Origin: Eledone cirrhosa
Lineage: Eukaryota
DNA: 64,000 nt
Assembly (NCBI GenBank): GCA_964016885.1
Contig: OZ024743.1
Span: forward strand, 308,884,001 to 308,948,000
Reading direction: 5' to 3'
Both the position numbers and the translations under genes were made by a program. Below are positions 13,574 through 25,600 of this stretch, one piece after another. How positions within the stretch are numbered: the first letter of the stretch is position 1; the number at the start of each line of letters is the position of its first letter. The notes under the pieces were generated by a model. That model worked only from the letters and a program-made list of their open reading frames with translations. It searched no databases and had not been told where the DNA came from.

Positions 13574-13985
13574 CCTTGTCTGGCTTTCTGTAGAATAGAG
13601 GAAAGGTGTTTCCTCAAAAACCAGTATAACTCTAAAAACCGGTTTGTCTGTGTGTTTACATACAGAATAGCTGGACACTCACAGTAAAGTGACCAGTGAA
13701 AAACTCGGTACATCTACATATGTACACGTGTGTGTATTCATATGCATACTAGTATTTCAGTATACATATGTGGATGTACATTTTTAACTTAATTGTTTAA
13801 GCGTCAGTCATACAAAAGTGAGTTACAAACGAAACGAAATTTAATTTTGTTTCGTTATTTGTTTTTATATATATATATAATATATATATATCAACTCTTA
13901 TTAATGGTCAGTCCACTTCTACGAAATGTAATGTAAAAATACCATATATATATAATATATATATAATATATATATATATTATCTA

Positions 13986-14048
13986 AGGGCGGTGCCCCAG
14001 CATGGCCTCAGCCGGATGGCTGAAACAGGTAAAAGAGTAAAAGAGTAT
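13986..14048 (+). mobile_element. SINE 3' tail fragment
   Basis: GGCGGTGCCCCAGCATGGCC...GCTGAAAC followed by (TAAAAGAG)2, embedded in (TA)n. Confidence 0.5.
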
Positions 14049-14068
14049 TATATATATAATATATATAT

Positions 14069-15723
14069 GTTGACGAATGGCTTGTGAGGGCTATACAAGC
14101 CATGTATAAAGAAACAGTCAGCAAGGTTAGAATTAACAACGAATGTAGTGAAGAGTTTAGCGTAAAAGTTGGCGTCCATCAGGGCTCTGTACTCAGCCCC
14201 CTACTATTTATTATTGCCCTTCAGGCTATAACAGAGGAGTTCAAGACAGGCTGCCCATGGGAACTCCTATACGCAGACGACCTGACACTCATAGCGGAGT
14301 CAATGGCCGAGCTAGAGAAGAAATTCCAAACATGGAAGCACGGCCTAGAGTCAAAAGGACTTAAAATTAACCTGGCTAAGACCAAAGTTCTAGTTTGTAG
14401 GAAAGAAAACAAGGCGGCGGTCCCTTCTGGGAAATGGTCGTGCTCGGTGTGTAGGAAAGGCGTAGGTAGAAACTCCATTTTATGTCCCAAATGCAAAGTA
14501 TGGGTGCATAAAAGATGTAGTGGGATCACAGGTAAGCTAACTAAGAACACAGATTTTACATGTGGCCGGTGCTCTGGTGCAATAAGTAGCAGCAAGTGCC
14601 CACAAAATACTAGCTCTTTCAACTGCGCAGAGGGTTCTATAGAAATAGTGGACAGCTTCCGTTACCTGGGTGACAAAATCAGCAGTGGGGGAGGGTACTC
14701 TGAAAGTACTGTAGCTAGAGTCAGAACTGGTTGGAAAAAGTTCAGAGAGCTTATACCACTATTAGCTGCTAAAGGGTTCTCCCTAAAAATGAAAGGCAGG
14801 TTGTACGATGCCTGCATACGAACAGCAATGTTGCATGGCAGTGAGACCTGGGCATTGTGTGCAGAGGATATACGCAGACTAGAGAGGAACGAAGCTTGCA
14901 TGCTCCGCTGGATGTGTAACAGTAATATACGTGAACGGCAAAGCATAAACGAACTAAGGAAAAAATTAGAGATAAGAGGGATCAGATGTTGTTTACTCGA
15001 GAGAAGGCTACGTTGGTATGGACACGTGATGCGCATGAAAGTCGATAGCTGTATAACAAAGTGCAGGGCAATAAAGATAGACGGTAGCCACGGAATAGGC
15101 AGACCTAGAAAAACCTGGGACGAGCTGATAAACTCCGACCTCACACACTTACACCTCTCCAAGACAATGTCACTGGACCGAGACCTTTGGCGGTACTCAG
15201 TAACAGAGAAGACCCGCCTTACCTAAATATATAGTAAAACCTACTCCAGCCAATAGGCATCTCTAACAAAATACACCCCGTCCCACCCCCACCCCATCCA
15301 CACCACCCCGTTCTATGTAAAGTTATGTTGGTGCCGCGCCATCCAGGCCGAAACAAATGAGATCGTGTAGGTGTCACGAAAAAAAAACACACAGTCCACG
15401 CTGTAATGTGACCGTGTAGGCAACACGGTAAAAACCTCCCAGTCCCACACTGTAAATGTGGTTGGTGTTAGGAAGGGCATCCAGCTGTAGAAAACCTGCC
15501 AGACAGTCCACGCTGTAATGTGGCCGTGTAGGCAACACGGTAAAAACCTCCCAGCCCCACACTGTAAATGTGGTTGGTGTTAGGAAGGGCATCCAACTGT
15601 AGAAAACCCGCCAGACAGTCCTATGCGAGCAAGACAACCACTCTTGCCTCAAGTGGGAAAACTCCCGTCCAAACCCATGCAAGCATGGAACACGGACTTT
15701 AAACGATGATGATGATGATGATG
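14069..15723 (+). mobile_element. RTE-clade LINE subfamily A, 5'-truncated, open ORF 14084-15226
   Basis: GVHQGSVLSP, LLYADD, PHD insert, RYLG, LRWYGH; (GAT)n tail; duplicated ~110-bp block in the 3' UTR. Confidence 0.93.
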
Positions 15724-15794
15724 TTACTGGTTGGTTGGTTGTTCTATGTGTGTGTGTGTGTTCATTTTGTCCTTAATTGTAAGTTGTGATGTTG

Positions 15795-16192
15795 CTATTC
15801 CATTCATTTTTTTCTATTTAATTTTGGTTGGAGTTCAATTATGTTTATTGCCTCTGTGATTTGTCTAAACATTGCGTCTTTTCTGTGTGTAGATTCTATT
15901 TTTATTTCTATGTTCTCTAATTTGCCCTTATGTTATATTTTAGCATGTTGGTGGAGTATTGATGATTCTTTTTTATCTTGAAGTTCTCGCCAGTGTTCAT
16001 TTAACCGTTCTCCTATACTACGAGCTGTCTCACCTATATACACTATATTCTTATCTTTACATTTTCCTTCAGTACATCTTATGCTATATACTACATTTCT
16101 AGTTTTACAATTAATATGGTGTACATAGGTGAGACAGCTCGTAGTATAAGAGAACGGTTAAATGAACACTGGCGAGAACTTCAAGATAAAAA
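15795..16192 (-). mobile_element. Penelope-like element GIY-YIG endonuclease fragment with 80-bp fold-back
   Basis: Minus-strand translation NCKTRNVVYSIRC...VYIGETARSIGERLNEH...RQITEAINI..PKLNRKNEW. 15970-16049 is inverted at 16113-16192. Confidence 0.85.
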
Positions 16193-16270
16193 AGCTCCAT
16201 GTGTCTATGTATTTATTCCTACACACACACTTTAAAAATGCTAGCTTACATTTAACAATATGTATTATAA

Positions 16271-16965
16271 TCATCATCATCATCACCATTTTACGTCCAT
16301 TCTTCCACACTAGCATGGGTTAGACGGGTTGTCCTGTTGTAGGCAGTGCCCGGTCGGCTGACCATGTCTTGCTCATACGGGAACTGATTCTGGCTTGATT
16401 TCTACAGCTGGATGCCCTTCCTAACACCAACCTCATTTACAGTGAGTGCTGGGTGCTTTTTTTCCATGACGCCTACACGTCCACTTTACAGTATGGGCTG
16501 GGTGCTTTTTTGCTGTGGCACCTCCACGACCACTTTGCAGTGGGAGGGTGTGGAGGCATATTGCTTATATGCTTCAGCTTCGGTTTGTTCCCGTGGGAAG
16601 TCGAGTCTTCTGTATTACTGCGTGACGCCAGAGGTCACGGTCATGTGTCATCACCTTTGAGAGGTGCAATTGGGTAAAGTTTGCTTTTATCACCTCATCC
16701 CAGGTCTTCTTGGGTCTCCCCATTCCACGGCTTCCATCGACTTCTAGTGCTCTGCTCCTTTTTATGCAGCTGTCATCCTTCATAAGCATCACATGTCCAT
16801 ACCAACGCAGCATTTGATTCCTCTTATGCTCAATTCGTTTATGCTTTGCTGTTCGCGTATATTACTATTACACATCAATCGGAGCATGCAGGCTTCGTTT
16901 CTTTCTAATCTACGCAAGTCTTCTACAGACAGTGCCCAGGTCTCACTACCATGTAACATTGCTGT
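16271..16965 (-). mobile_element. RTE-clade LINE subfamily B, 3' fragment
   Basis: [10 protein letters not shown]...LRWYGH; (GAT)n tail; homologous to 47690-49447. Confidence 0.9.
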
Positions 16966-16987
16966 ATATATATATATATATATATAA

Positions 16988-17105
16988 TGAAGGAGTTGTG
17001 GTAAGGAACCAGATGGACCATAAAGCACCAGAGTACTCAATACTTAGGGTAGTAGAGTGGGTAATAGGAAAATGTATGACGCAGTCCGTCGGGGTCATAC
17101 ATTTT

Positions 17106-17110
<5 letters not shown>
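16988..17110 (-). mobile_element. Minimal tail-plus-hairpin insertion between (TA)n tracts
   Basis: 17-bp inverted arms 17064-17080 / 17094-17110. The ~75-bp tail recurs at 61730-61805, also next to (TA)n. Confidence 0.6.
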
Positions 17111-17150
<40 letters not shown>

Positions 17151-17154
<4 letters not shown>

Positions 17155-18110
17155 GACAGCTTCCGTTACCTGGGTGACAAAATCAGCAGTGGGGGAGGGT
17201 GCTCTGAAAGTACAGTAGCTAGAGTCAGAACTGGGTGGAAAAAGTTCAGAGAGCTTATACTACTATTAGCCGCTAAAGGGTTCTCCCTAAAAATGAAAGG
17301 CAGGCTGTACGATGCCTGCATACGAACAGCAATGTTGCATGGCAGTGAGACCTGGGCATTGTGTGCAGAGGATATACGCAGACTAGAGAGAAACGAAGCT
17401 TGTATGCTCCGCTGGATGTGTAATAGTAATATACGTGAACGACAAAGCATAAACGAACTAAGGAAAAAATTAGAAATAAGAGGGATCAGATGTTGTTTAC
17501 TAGAGAGAAGGCTACGTTGGTATGGTCACGTGATGCGCATGAAGGACGATAGCTGTATAACAAAGTGCAGGGCAATAAAGATAGACGGTAGCCACGGAAT
17601 AGGCAGACCCAGAAAAACCTGGGACGAGCTGATAAACTCCGACCTCACACACTTACACCTTAACCAAGACAATGTCACTGGACCGAGACCTTTGGCTGTA
17701 CTCAGTAATAGAGAAGACCCGCCTTACCTAAATACAAAGTAAAACCTACTCCAGTCAGTAGGCATCTCTAACAAAATACACCCACCACCCCCACCCCATC
17801 CACACCGCCCCCTTCTATGTAAAGTTATGTTGGTGCCACACCATCCAGGCCGAAACAAATGAGATCGTGTAGGTGTCACGACAAAAAAACACACAGTCCA
17901 CGCTGTAATGTGGCCGTGTAGGCAACACGGTAAAAACCTCCCAGACCCACACTGTAAATGTGGTTGGTGTTAGGAAGGGCATCCAACTGTAGAAAACCTG
18001 CCAGACAGTCCTATGCGAGCAAGACAATCACTCTTGCCTCAAGTGGGAAAACCCCCGTCCAAACCCATGCAAGCGTGGAACACGGACGTTAAACGTTGAT
18101 GATGATGATA
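17151..18110 (+). mobile_element. RTE-clade LINE subfamily A, 3' fragment
   Basis: DSFRYLG...LRWYGH; frameshift near the C-terminus; (GAT)n tail. Confidence 0.92.
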
Positions 18111-18602
18111 TATATATTATCATTTCACATATGTTTTTCTATTGTCATTTTTATGTTAATTGTTCATGCTTGCATAGATTGATATATATAATTATTTGGC
18201 ATAAGCCCAGGAATTTGAGGGTAGGGGGAATTTTATATCAACCCCAATACTTGATCCTTACTTTGCCTTTCATATCCTTTTATGAAAGTTGACCCCGGTG
18301 AGATTCGAATGCAAAATGTAAAGGGCTGTAACTATATGCCACAAAGCATGTGGTTCGATGCTCTACAGATATTGCCAATCCACTACCTGGGTTGATATAT
18401 ATATAAGGCCAGTGATAAATGGAAACCTGTTAGCTTTTACTTTTGATACTCTGCATCCTATTTAAATATATCACAAACACTGACATTGATAGATATCACA
18501 CATGCAGGATATTGATTTAAATAAATTTCTTTCTCATAGAAGATACTTTTCAAATGCTTATGAAGAAATGTCTATTTTGTGTGGTTTTGTTTGTTGTTGC
18601 AG

Positions 18603-18728
18603 GAGCAGAAGAAACTTCGCAAAGATTTGGATGAAGAAGTGAAAGCGAGAAAGAAACTTGAAAGCATTTTACCTGTCACTCTGAAGAATGTTGGGCACAC
18701 AACCACTTGGGAAGAGAATCTCACATAG
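18603..18728 (+). CDS. ARHGEF7: Terminal coding exon of a PIX-family Rho GEF (ARHGEF6/7-like)
   Basis: Pyrimidine/GT-rich acceptor ...gttgcAG, then EQKKLRKDLDEEVKARKKLESILPVTLKNVGHTTTWEENLT*. This resembles, from memory, the beta-PIX C-terminus (..KKMKKSLEEEQRARKDLEKL..LKN...AWDETNL). Followed by a long AT-rich UTR-like region. Confidence 0.7.
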   Translation, partial: EQKKLRKDLDEEVKARKKLESILPVTLKNVGHTTTWEENLT

Positions 18729-19544
18729 TATTGTTTTAAAGAACATGCAGTCTAAATTATCTCTTACCTGTCTACTACATGAAATAACTGTGCCTGCTCC
18801 TTATGGCTGACTATTTTAGTTCAATTTATCTGTGTCATCATAACATTAATATTTCTTGCAGAGATTTTCCTTCAGATCAGTGTCTGCATTTATATCCACA
18901 GCCAAAAATGCATGCATATACATGCACACAAACATGCATGCACACAGATATGTACATACATACATACATACATACATGTGCATTTTTTTTTCAATATGTA
19001 CATACCAAAATGTATGTAGATATTGTATGTATTAAGCACATCAAAGAAACTGAAGAATGAATTCACTTGGCAAATGTGTATTTGGACAATGTTTGCTCAT
19101 CAAAATTATTCTCCACTTTCAATCATAATAATATTCCATTCATTTACTTGTTTGTTTGTTTGATGTTTTTTTATTTTGTATTTTTTTTTTCCATTTACTT
19201 ATATTTTTTTCTTGAAATCTAAATAAATATATGTTCTTAGCAATATTCTTTTCTTTTAGAATGTTCAACACAGCCAATATTTTGGTATGTTCAACACAAT
19301 AGCCGTTACTCTGGCACCACTGCCAATAATATTAGTAGAAATTACTAAGTCATTTGACAAAAATGTATAACTTCGGAATTTGTTGTCTTTTTTTCTGAAA
19401 AAAAAAAAAGGTATGATTGTTGTGATAGTCCAGTGAACCAACCAAGCAGTTAAGGAAGGTCACCTATATTTTGTAAGATTTCCAACGAGATATGTATTGT
19501 GAATGAGATTTCTACATCTAAATCACATGTAAGCAATTACTCAT

Positions 19545-19793
19545 TTAACCCTTTTATTACCATAATTTCTAATGAAAGACACTGCCTATAATTTTCAAAT
19601 CATTTCGAAAATAATCAAGAATTTGGAGGAATTTAGTAATGTAACAAACTGCTGATTGGAGCATAACTTGACAAAGGCTCTTCCATAAAATTAGGATGGA
19701 ATTTTTTTTAGATAAATATAAAAACTTTAAAATAAAGTTTTGTATTGTAGAAGCAGCGATGTGTTCAGGCAGTATAGTATAAAAAAAGATTAA
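19545..19793 (+). mobile_element. TTAA-bounded piggyBac-type MITE
   Basis: Starts TTAACCCTTT; homologous to 35738-36178 and 40668-40910. Confidence 0.65.
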
Positions 19794-21349
19794 AAAACAA
19801 AGAAGGCCTCATTTGATGAAACAAATATAATCTAACCATTTTCACCAGGGACTGGAATGTACTCAAATATTTATTTCATGTAGATTGTATATTATATATG
19901 TTTACTCAAACGTCTTTTAGCTGAGACATCTTGCAGCAATATTCAGATGAATTAAAATAGGTTTGAATAAATATAATAAAATGGAAACTGCTTCCCTCCC
20001 TTTGCTGACAATTGTAAAATTTTTATATTTTCAGATGACAAATAGTTTTTTTTTGTCTAAATTTTTAATAAGACCTACAGAAATGAAGTCATACTTTCTT
20101 CTCTTTCAAATCTGTTTTTGTCATTTTTTTCACAGTTTTAACTGAAAATAGTTAAAACTGCTATCAAATACTGCAAAATGATCTCAATAAATTATTTTGC
20201 ATTTCTGAACACTTTGAAGACCTTGTTGTTTTTTTATTTTTTTTATAAAGCTATTGCTATTCTGGTATAATTTCCAATTAATTTGTGTGTCGGAAACTAA
20301 ACAGATGACTATATAAACAACTTGAATTTGTTCGTGCTGACAGACTTGGAAAAAATATATTTGTTATTTTTAGACCAATTACCTTTTGCCCAGTTTTGCA
20401 TGACAGCTGGTGATTTTGATATATTTGTCTGTTTTGATGGGTTTTTTTTTAACTTACAGATCACGAATTAGCCAACAAACATCATAGTGAAGTTTATGGT
20501 TTTCTTGCTCTTTATGAACCAAAATAATGTTAAATAAAATGATCAATTCATTTCAATTGTAATTCTGTATCTAGCCATAATGTTACTTTTCATTGTTCTA
20601 CTTCCATATGGCAATGTATTAAGAGATTTGTTAGAGCATTGGATTAAATTCTTCGGTATATATTCTAGGTCTCTGCACTTTGAGTTCAATTCCTGCTGAG
20701 GTCAACTTTACCTTTTATTCTTCTTCGGGAGGAGGATCAATAAATAAAGTAGCAGTTTAGCAGTAGTGGATTGGTGGAATTGTTAAAGAATCACTAGGAA
20801 AAGCTTTGTAGTACTTGATTTGTCTCTGTCTATTCTAAGTTCAAATCCTGCCTCCTTCCAGATGTGACTGGCAGACAACAATGGAAAGACAATGGAAACA
20901 TTATTTATGATTGACTTCTTTCCTTTTCTTTTATGAAATAGAAGAATTCATGTTTTGTTTAATATTCTCACTTTATTGAATATCGATTACAGGGTATTGT
21001 AGTAAACAAAAACATTATGTATATGTTCCACAGATGATATTGACATGGTAATAAGTACTTATGAATGAATTAAATAATAATTTCTTTATATTTTAATAAT
21101 AATGATAATTTCTATATATGCTATAAGACTATAATCTCTCTCTGTAAAACACAATGTCTGTGTGTTTGTCCTGTCTGATAAGCGGACTTCTCTGGTTTTC
21201 AGCTAATACCTGTTCTGAGCTGATCTTGACATTTTTACTTCATTTACATTTTATACTTTATTGAATAAAATAATTCACGATCACAAAAACAAGTGGCCAA
21301 AATGGGGTTCCTCCAAAGGGGCTTTGGATTAACGTTACTCAATAGTGTG

Positions 21350-21562
21350 TGTACCTCAGGGATCAGAGAGTTGCTCCAGGTAGAGCCACTACTTCTCTGA
21401 ATTGAGAATCTCAGCTCCCAATGGTTGGATAACATCCATGAGCTCAGCTTGTCCCGTTTGGGAATCTAGCCAGATCAACTGGAGATGGTTGCTACTGAAA
21501 GGAGTGTTTGAGGACTCTGCCCCCATGACCCTCTCAGGAATAAGTGGGCAAAGAAAAAGAAG
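21350..21562 (+). mobile_element. Old RTE family C 3' fragment
   Basis: CTCCAGGTAGAGCCACTACTTCTC block shared with the 33.0, 38.3, 43.0, 45.5 and 54.4 kb copies. Confidence 0.7.
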
Positions 21563-21599
21563 GAATAATTCACCTATACTTTTTATAAATTGAAGATCT

Positions 21600-22165
21600 C
21601 AGATATTGAAAATGATCAACAGAGTTGAGCTCATGACTGCTGATGTGGATGATTGGGGGAGAGTCAGTGCAATTCCCCATTACTTCCATTTTCTTCAGGT
21701 TAATAGTGAGGCCAAATTCGTTACATGCTTGTGCAAGGTGGTCTATAAGTCTCTGAAGGCCTCCTCTGTGTGTGTCACCAAAGCAGAGACATCAGCAAAG
21801 AGAGCCTCTCTCTCTCTGATGGTGACATGCTTGACTTTGTTCTTGTCTCTGAGTTTGGCCAGGTTGAAAAGCTTTTTATCAGATCTTGTTTGCAGGTAAA
21901 TTCCATCTTTGTGGCTTTCAAATGCAAAAGATAGAAGCATGGAGAAAAATATGCCAAAAAGTGTTGGGGCAAGCATGCAATTCTTCTTGACACTACTGAT
22001 TATTGGGAACAGGTCAGACACTGCTACACTATAACATACTGTGCTGTACAGATTAAGAAAGGATTCAACAATGGCCAGTAATTTCAGGGAACAGCCTAGC
22101 TTCGTCAGAAGTGTAAACAGTCCAATCCTACTAGCCAGATCAAAGCCTTTGTCAGGTTGATGAAG
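21600..22165 (-). mobile_element. Degenerate RTE-BovB-like RT fragment
   Basis: CMLAPTLFGIFFS...DGIYLQTRSD.KLFNL..LR.K.KV....IRE..LFAD. Confidence 0.75.
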
Positions 22166-22249
22166 GTATATATATATATAAATATAAATATAAAAGAAGT
22201 GTAAGTCAACAGGTTTAAATTAACTTCCTTTATTCATATTTGCTGCAAT

Positions 22250-22682
22250 ATATATTTTGGTGATAACCATAATTCAACAGTTATGACCTCATCAGGCAGC
22301 TAGAACTTGAACAGAAAAAACAGGGAAACATAATGGTGGAATAGAGTTTACCTTGTTAATTTGTTGATATGCCCAGACCCGGAAAGTGATGTTGTTAATC
22401 CAAAGAACTGGTGGAATAGTTTGCACATGTCCTGCATCATGAAGATCAGAGACATGAAGTGTTCCAGATTGTGAGATAGTGCGCAAGAGAAAATCACGTT
22501 GTGGTTGCAGAGATGTATGTCTGAAAAGACAGTGGAGCATTTGTCATCTGATGCTGAAAAGAAAGAGTCATAGAAGACATACTATGAGGAACTACTGAAT
22601 GAAGAGAATAAATGGGATAGTGAGGGCCTACCCTATGTCAACCCAATAGAAGGACCAGCCATAAAAGTTGACAGCTGTGTAA
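22250..22682 (+). mobile_element. Degenerate older RTE copy, interrupted; continues at 26020-26470
   Basis: LLNEENKWD...PIEGPAIKVDSCVI resumes as DKAIK.. after the inserted element. Confidence 0.7.
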
Positions 22683-25600
22683 TCATCATCATCATCATCA
22701 TCATCATTTAACGTCCATGTTCCACGCTTGCATGGGTTTGGACGGGAGTTTTCCCACTTGAGGCAAGAGTGGTTGTCTTGCTCGCATAGGACTGTCTGGC
22801 GGGTTTTCTACAGCTGGATGCCCTTCCTAACACCAACCACATTTACAGTGTGGGGCTGGGAGGTTTTTACCGTGTTGCCTACACGGCCACATTACAGCAT
22901 GGACTGTCTGGCGGGTTTTCTACAGCTGGATGCCCTTCCTAACACCAACCACATTTACAGTGTGGGACTGGGAGGTTTTTACCGTGTTGCCTACACGGCC
23001 ACATTACAGCGTGGACTGTGTGTTTTTTGTCGTGACACCTACACGATCTCATTTGTTTCGGCCTGGATGTTGTGGCACCAACATAACTTTATATTGAAAG
23101 GGGCGGTGTGGACGGGGTGGGGGTGGTGGGACGGGGGTGTATTTTGTTAGAGATGCCTACTGACTGTAGTAGGTTTTACTTTGTATTTAGGTAAGGCGGG
23201 TCTTCTCTATTACTGAGTACCGCCAAAGGTCTCGGTCCAGTGACATTGTCTTGGAGAGGTGTAAGTGTGTGAGGTCGGAATTTATCAGCTCGTCCCAGGT
23301 TTTTCTGGGTCTGCTTACTCCGTGGCTACCATCTATCTTTATTGCCCTGCACTTTGTTATACAGCTGTCGTCTTTCATGCGCATCACGTGACCATACGAA
23401 CGTAGCCTTCTCTCGAGTAAACAACATCTGATCCCTCTTATTTCTAATTTTTTCCTTAGTTCGTTTATGCTTTGCCGTTCGCGTATATTACTATTACACA
23501 TCCAGCGGAGCATGCAAGCTTCGTTCCTCTCTAGTCTGCGTATATCCTCTGCACACAATGCCCAGGTCTCAATGCCATACAACATTGCTGTTCGTATGCA
23601 GGCAACCTGCCTTTCATTTTTAGGGAGAACCCTTTAGCGGCTAATAGTGGTATAAGCTCTCTGAACTTTTTCCATCCAGTTCTGACTCTAGCTACTGTAC
23701 TTTCAGAGCACCCTCCCCCACTGCTGATTTTGTCACCCAGGTAACGGAAGCTGTCCACTATTTCTATAGAACCCTCTGTGCAATTGAAAGAGCTAGTATT
23801 TTGTGGGCACTTGCTGCTACTTATTGCACCAGAGCACCGGCCACATGTAAAATCTATGTTCTTAGTTAGCTTACTTGTGATCCCACTACATCTTTTATGC
23901 ACCCATACTTTGCATTTGGGACATAAAATGGAGTTTCTACCTACACCTTTCCTACACACTGAGCATGGCCATTTCCTGGAAGGGACCGGCGCCTTATTTT
24001 CTTTCCTACAAACTAGAACTTTAGTCTTAGCCAGGTTAATTTTAAGGCCTTTTGATTCTAGGCCGTGCTTCCATGTTTGGAATTTCTTCTCTAGCTCGGC
24101 CATTGATTCAGCTATGAGCGTTAGATCATCTGTGTATAGGAGTTCCCATGGGCAGCCGGTCTTGAACTCCTCTGTTATAGCCTGAAGGGCAATAATAAAT
24201 AGTAGGGGGCTAAGAACAGAGCCCTGATGGACACCAACTTTTACGCTAAACTCTTCACTATATTCGTTGTTAATTCTAACCTTGCTGACTGTTTCTTTAT
24301 ACATGGCTTGTATAGCTCTCACAAGCCATTCGTCAACACCTAGTTTTCTAAGAGCCTACCAGATAATGGAACGGGGGACTCTGTCGAAGGCTTTCTCCAA
24401 GTCGACAAAAGCTAAGTATAGGGGTTTACTTTTAGCTAGGTACTTCTCCTGTAGTTGTCGTACAATGAAAAGAGCGTCTGTGGTACTTTTGCCTGACACA
24501 AACCCGAACTGCATTTCATCTAGATCAATTCTCTCTCTGATTAGTTGCGCTATTACTTTTTCCGTGACCTTCATGACCTGGTCGATTAATTTAATGCCTC
24601 TATAGTTACTCCTATCTAGGGCGTCTCCTTTACCCTTGTAACAGTTAACGATGATGCTGCTACGCCAGTCCTTCGGAACAACCCCATTCTGTATGACTTG
24701 GTTTACTATCCGGGTGACCATGGTGTGTCCCACCGTTCCAGAGGCTTTCAGCATCTCAGCAACTATTTCCGAAGGCCCAGCCGCCTTACCCGTCTTCATA
24801 TCTTTGATTGCCTTACTTATTATACTACCTTCGACTAACACTGCTGGTCCCTCTATTGGGTCGATGTGGGGGAGACTGTCTTTCTCCCATTTATTTTCCT
24901 CATTTAGTAGCCTTTCGCAGTGACACTTCCAAGCTACCTTCTTATCAGCGTCAGTGATGGCAAGTACGCCATCATCGTTAAGTACACACTTCTCCCCGAC
25001 AATATTACAGTTTTCCTTGACACATTGCCTAGCAATCCTGAACACCTCACGTTTTTGGTCCTCGTGTTGTAGAACATGCTTGAACTTTCTTTCCTCTGCT
25101 TCCCTTCTTGCGAAGTACACTTGTCTCCTAGCTTCCCTCCTGGCCACTTGATAGTCTTCTCTACTTCCCCCCTCCCGCCATGCTTTCCAAGCCTGCTTTT
25201 TGGCCTTGATTGACCCCTCCACCTTACTGTTCCACCACCATGTTACTCTCCTCCTGCCTACAGGCCTGCTCCAGCCACAGACTTCGTCTGCCGCCATCAG
25301 CAGGTTTGCTTTCAGGAATTCCCACTGTTCCTCTACCTTGTACGTCTCTAATTGCTCTTCCTTACTGTCGAAAGCATCAAGTAATATGTTTTGAAATTTA
25401 TTTCGGGCTGTGGGATCCTTTAGCTTCCATATTTTTCTCCTGAGGATAGTCCTCTTCTGCTGTCTAGTACGTCTCGTCCTGACTATGAGGTCGCTAATTA
25501 TCAGTCTATGTTGGGAGGTGCATTCTTCATGGGGGAGATTTAGTGTTTACAACAGACACTCTGTCACGTCTTCTGGTAAGGATATAATCTACCTGGCTTG

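Larger units (their letters stand above)
13361..13868 (+). mobile_element. Retrozyme-like non-coding unit (466-bp period, ~42-bp terminal redundancy, ends in (TA)n)
   Basis: 13361-13402 recurs at 13827-13868. Contains octamer 13436-13443 and HHR 13529-13573. Same layout as 52518-53449. Confidence 0.7.

Noticed and set aside
14221-15162. Antisense ORFs over RTE copies (also at 4821, 23778, 48599)
   Set aside because: Shadow frames of the RT gene; they recur only because the element is repeated.
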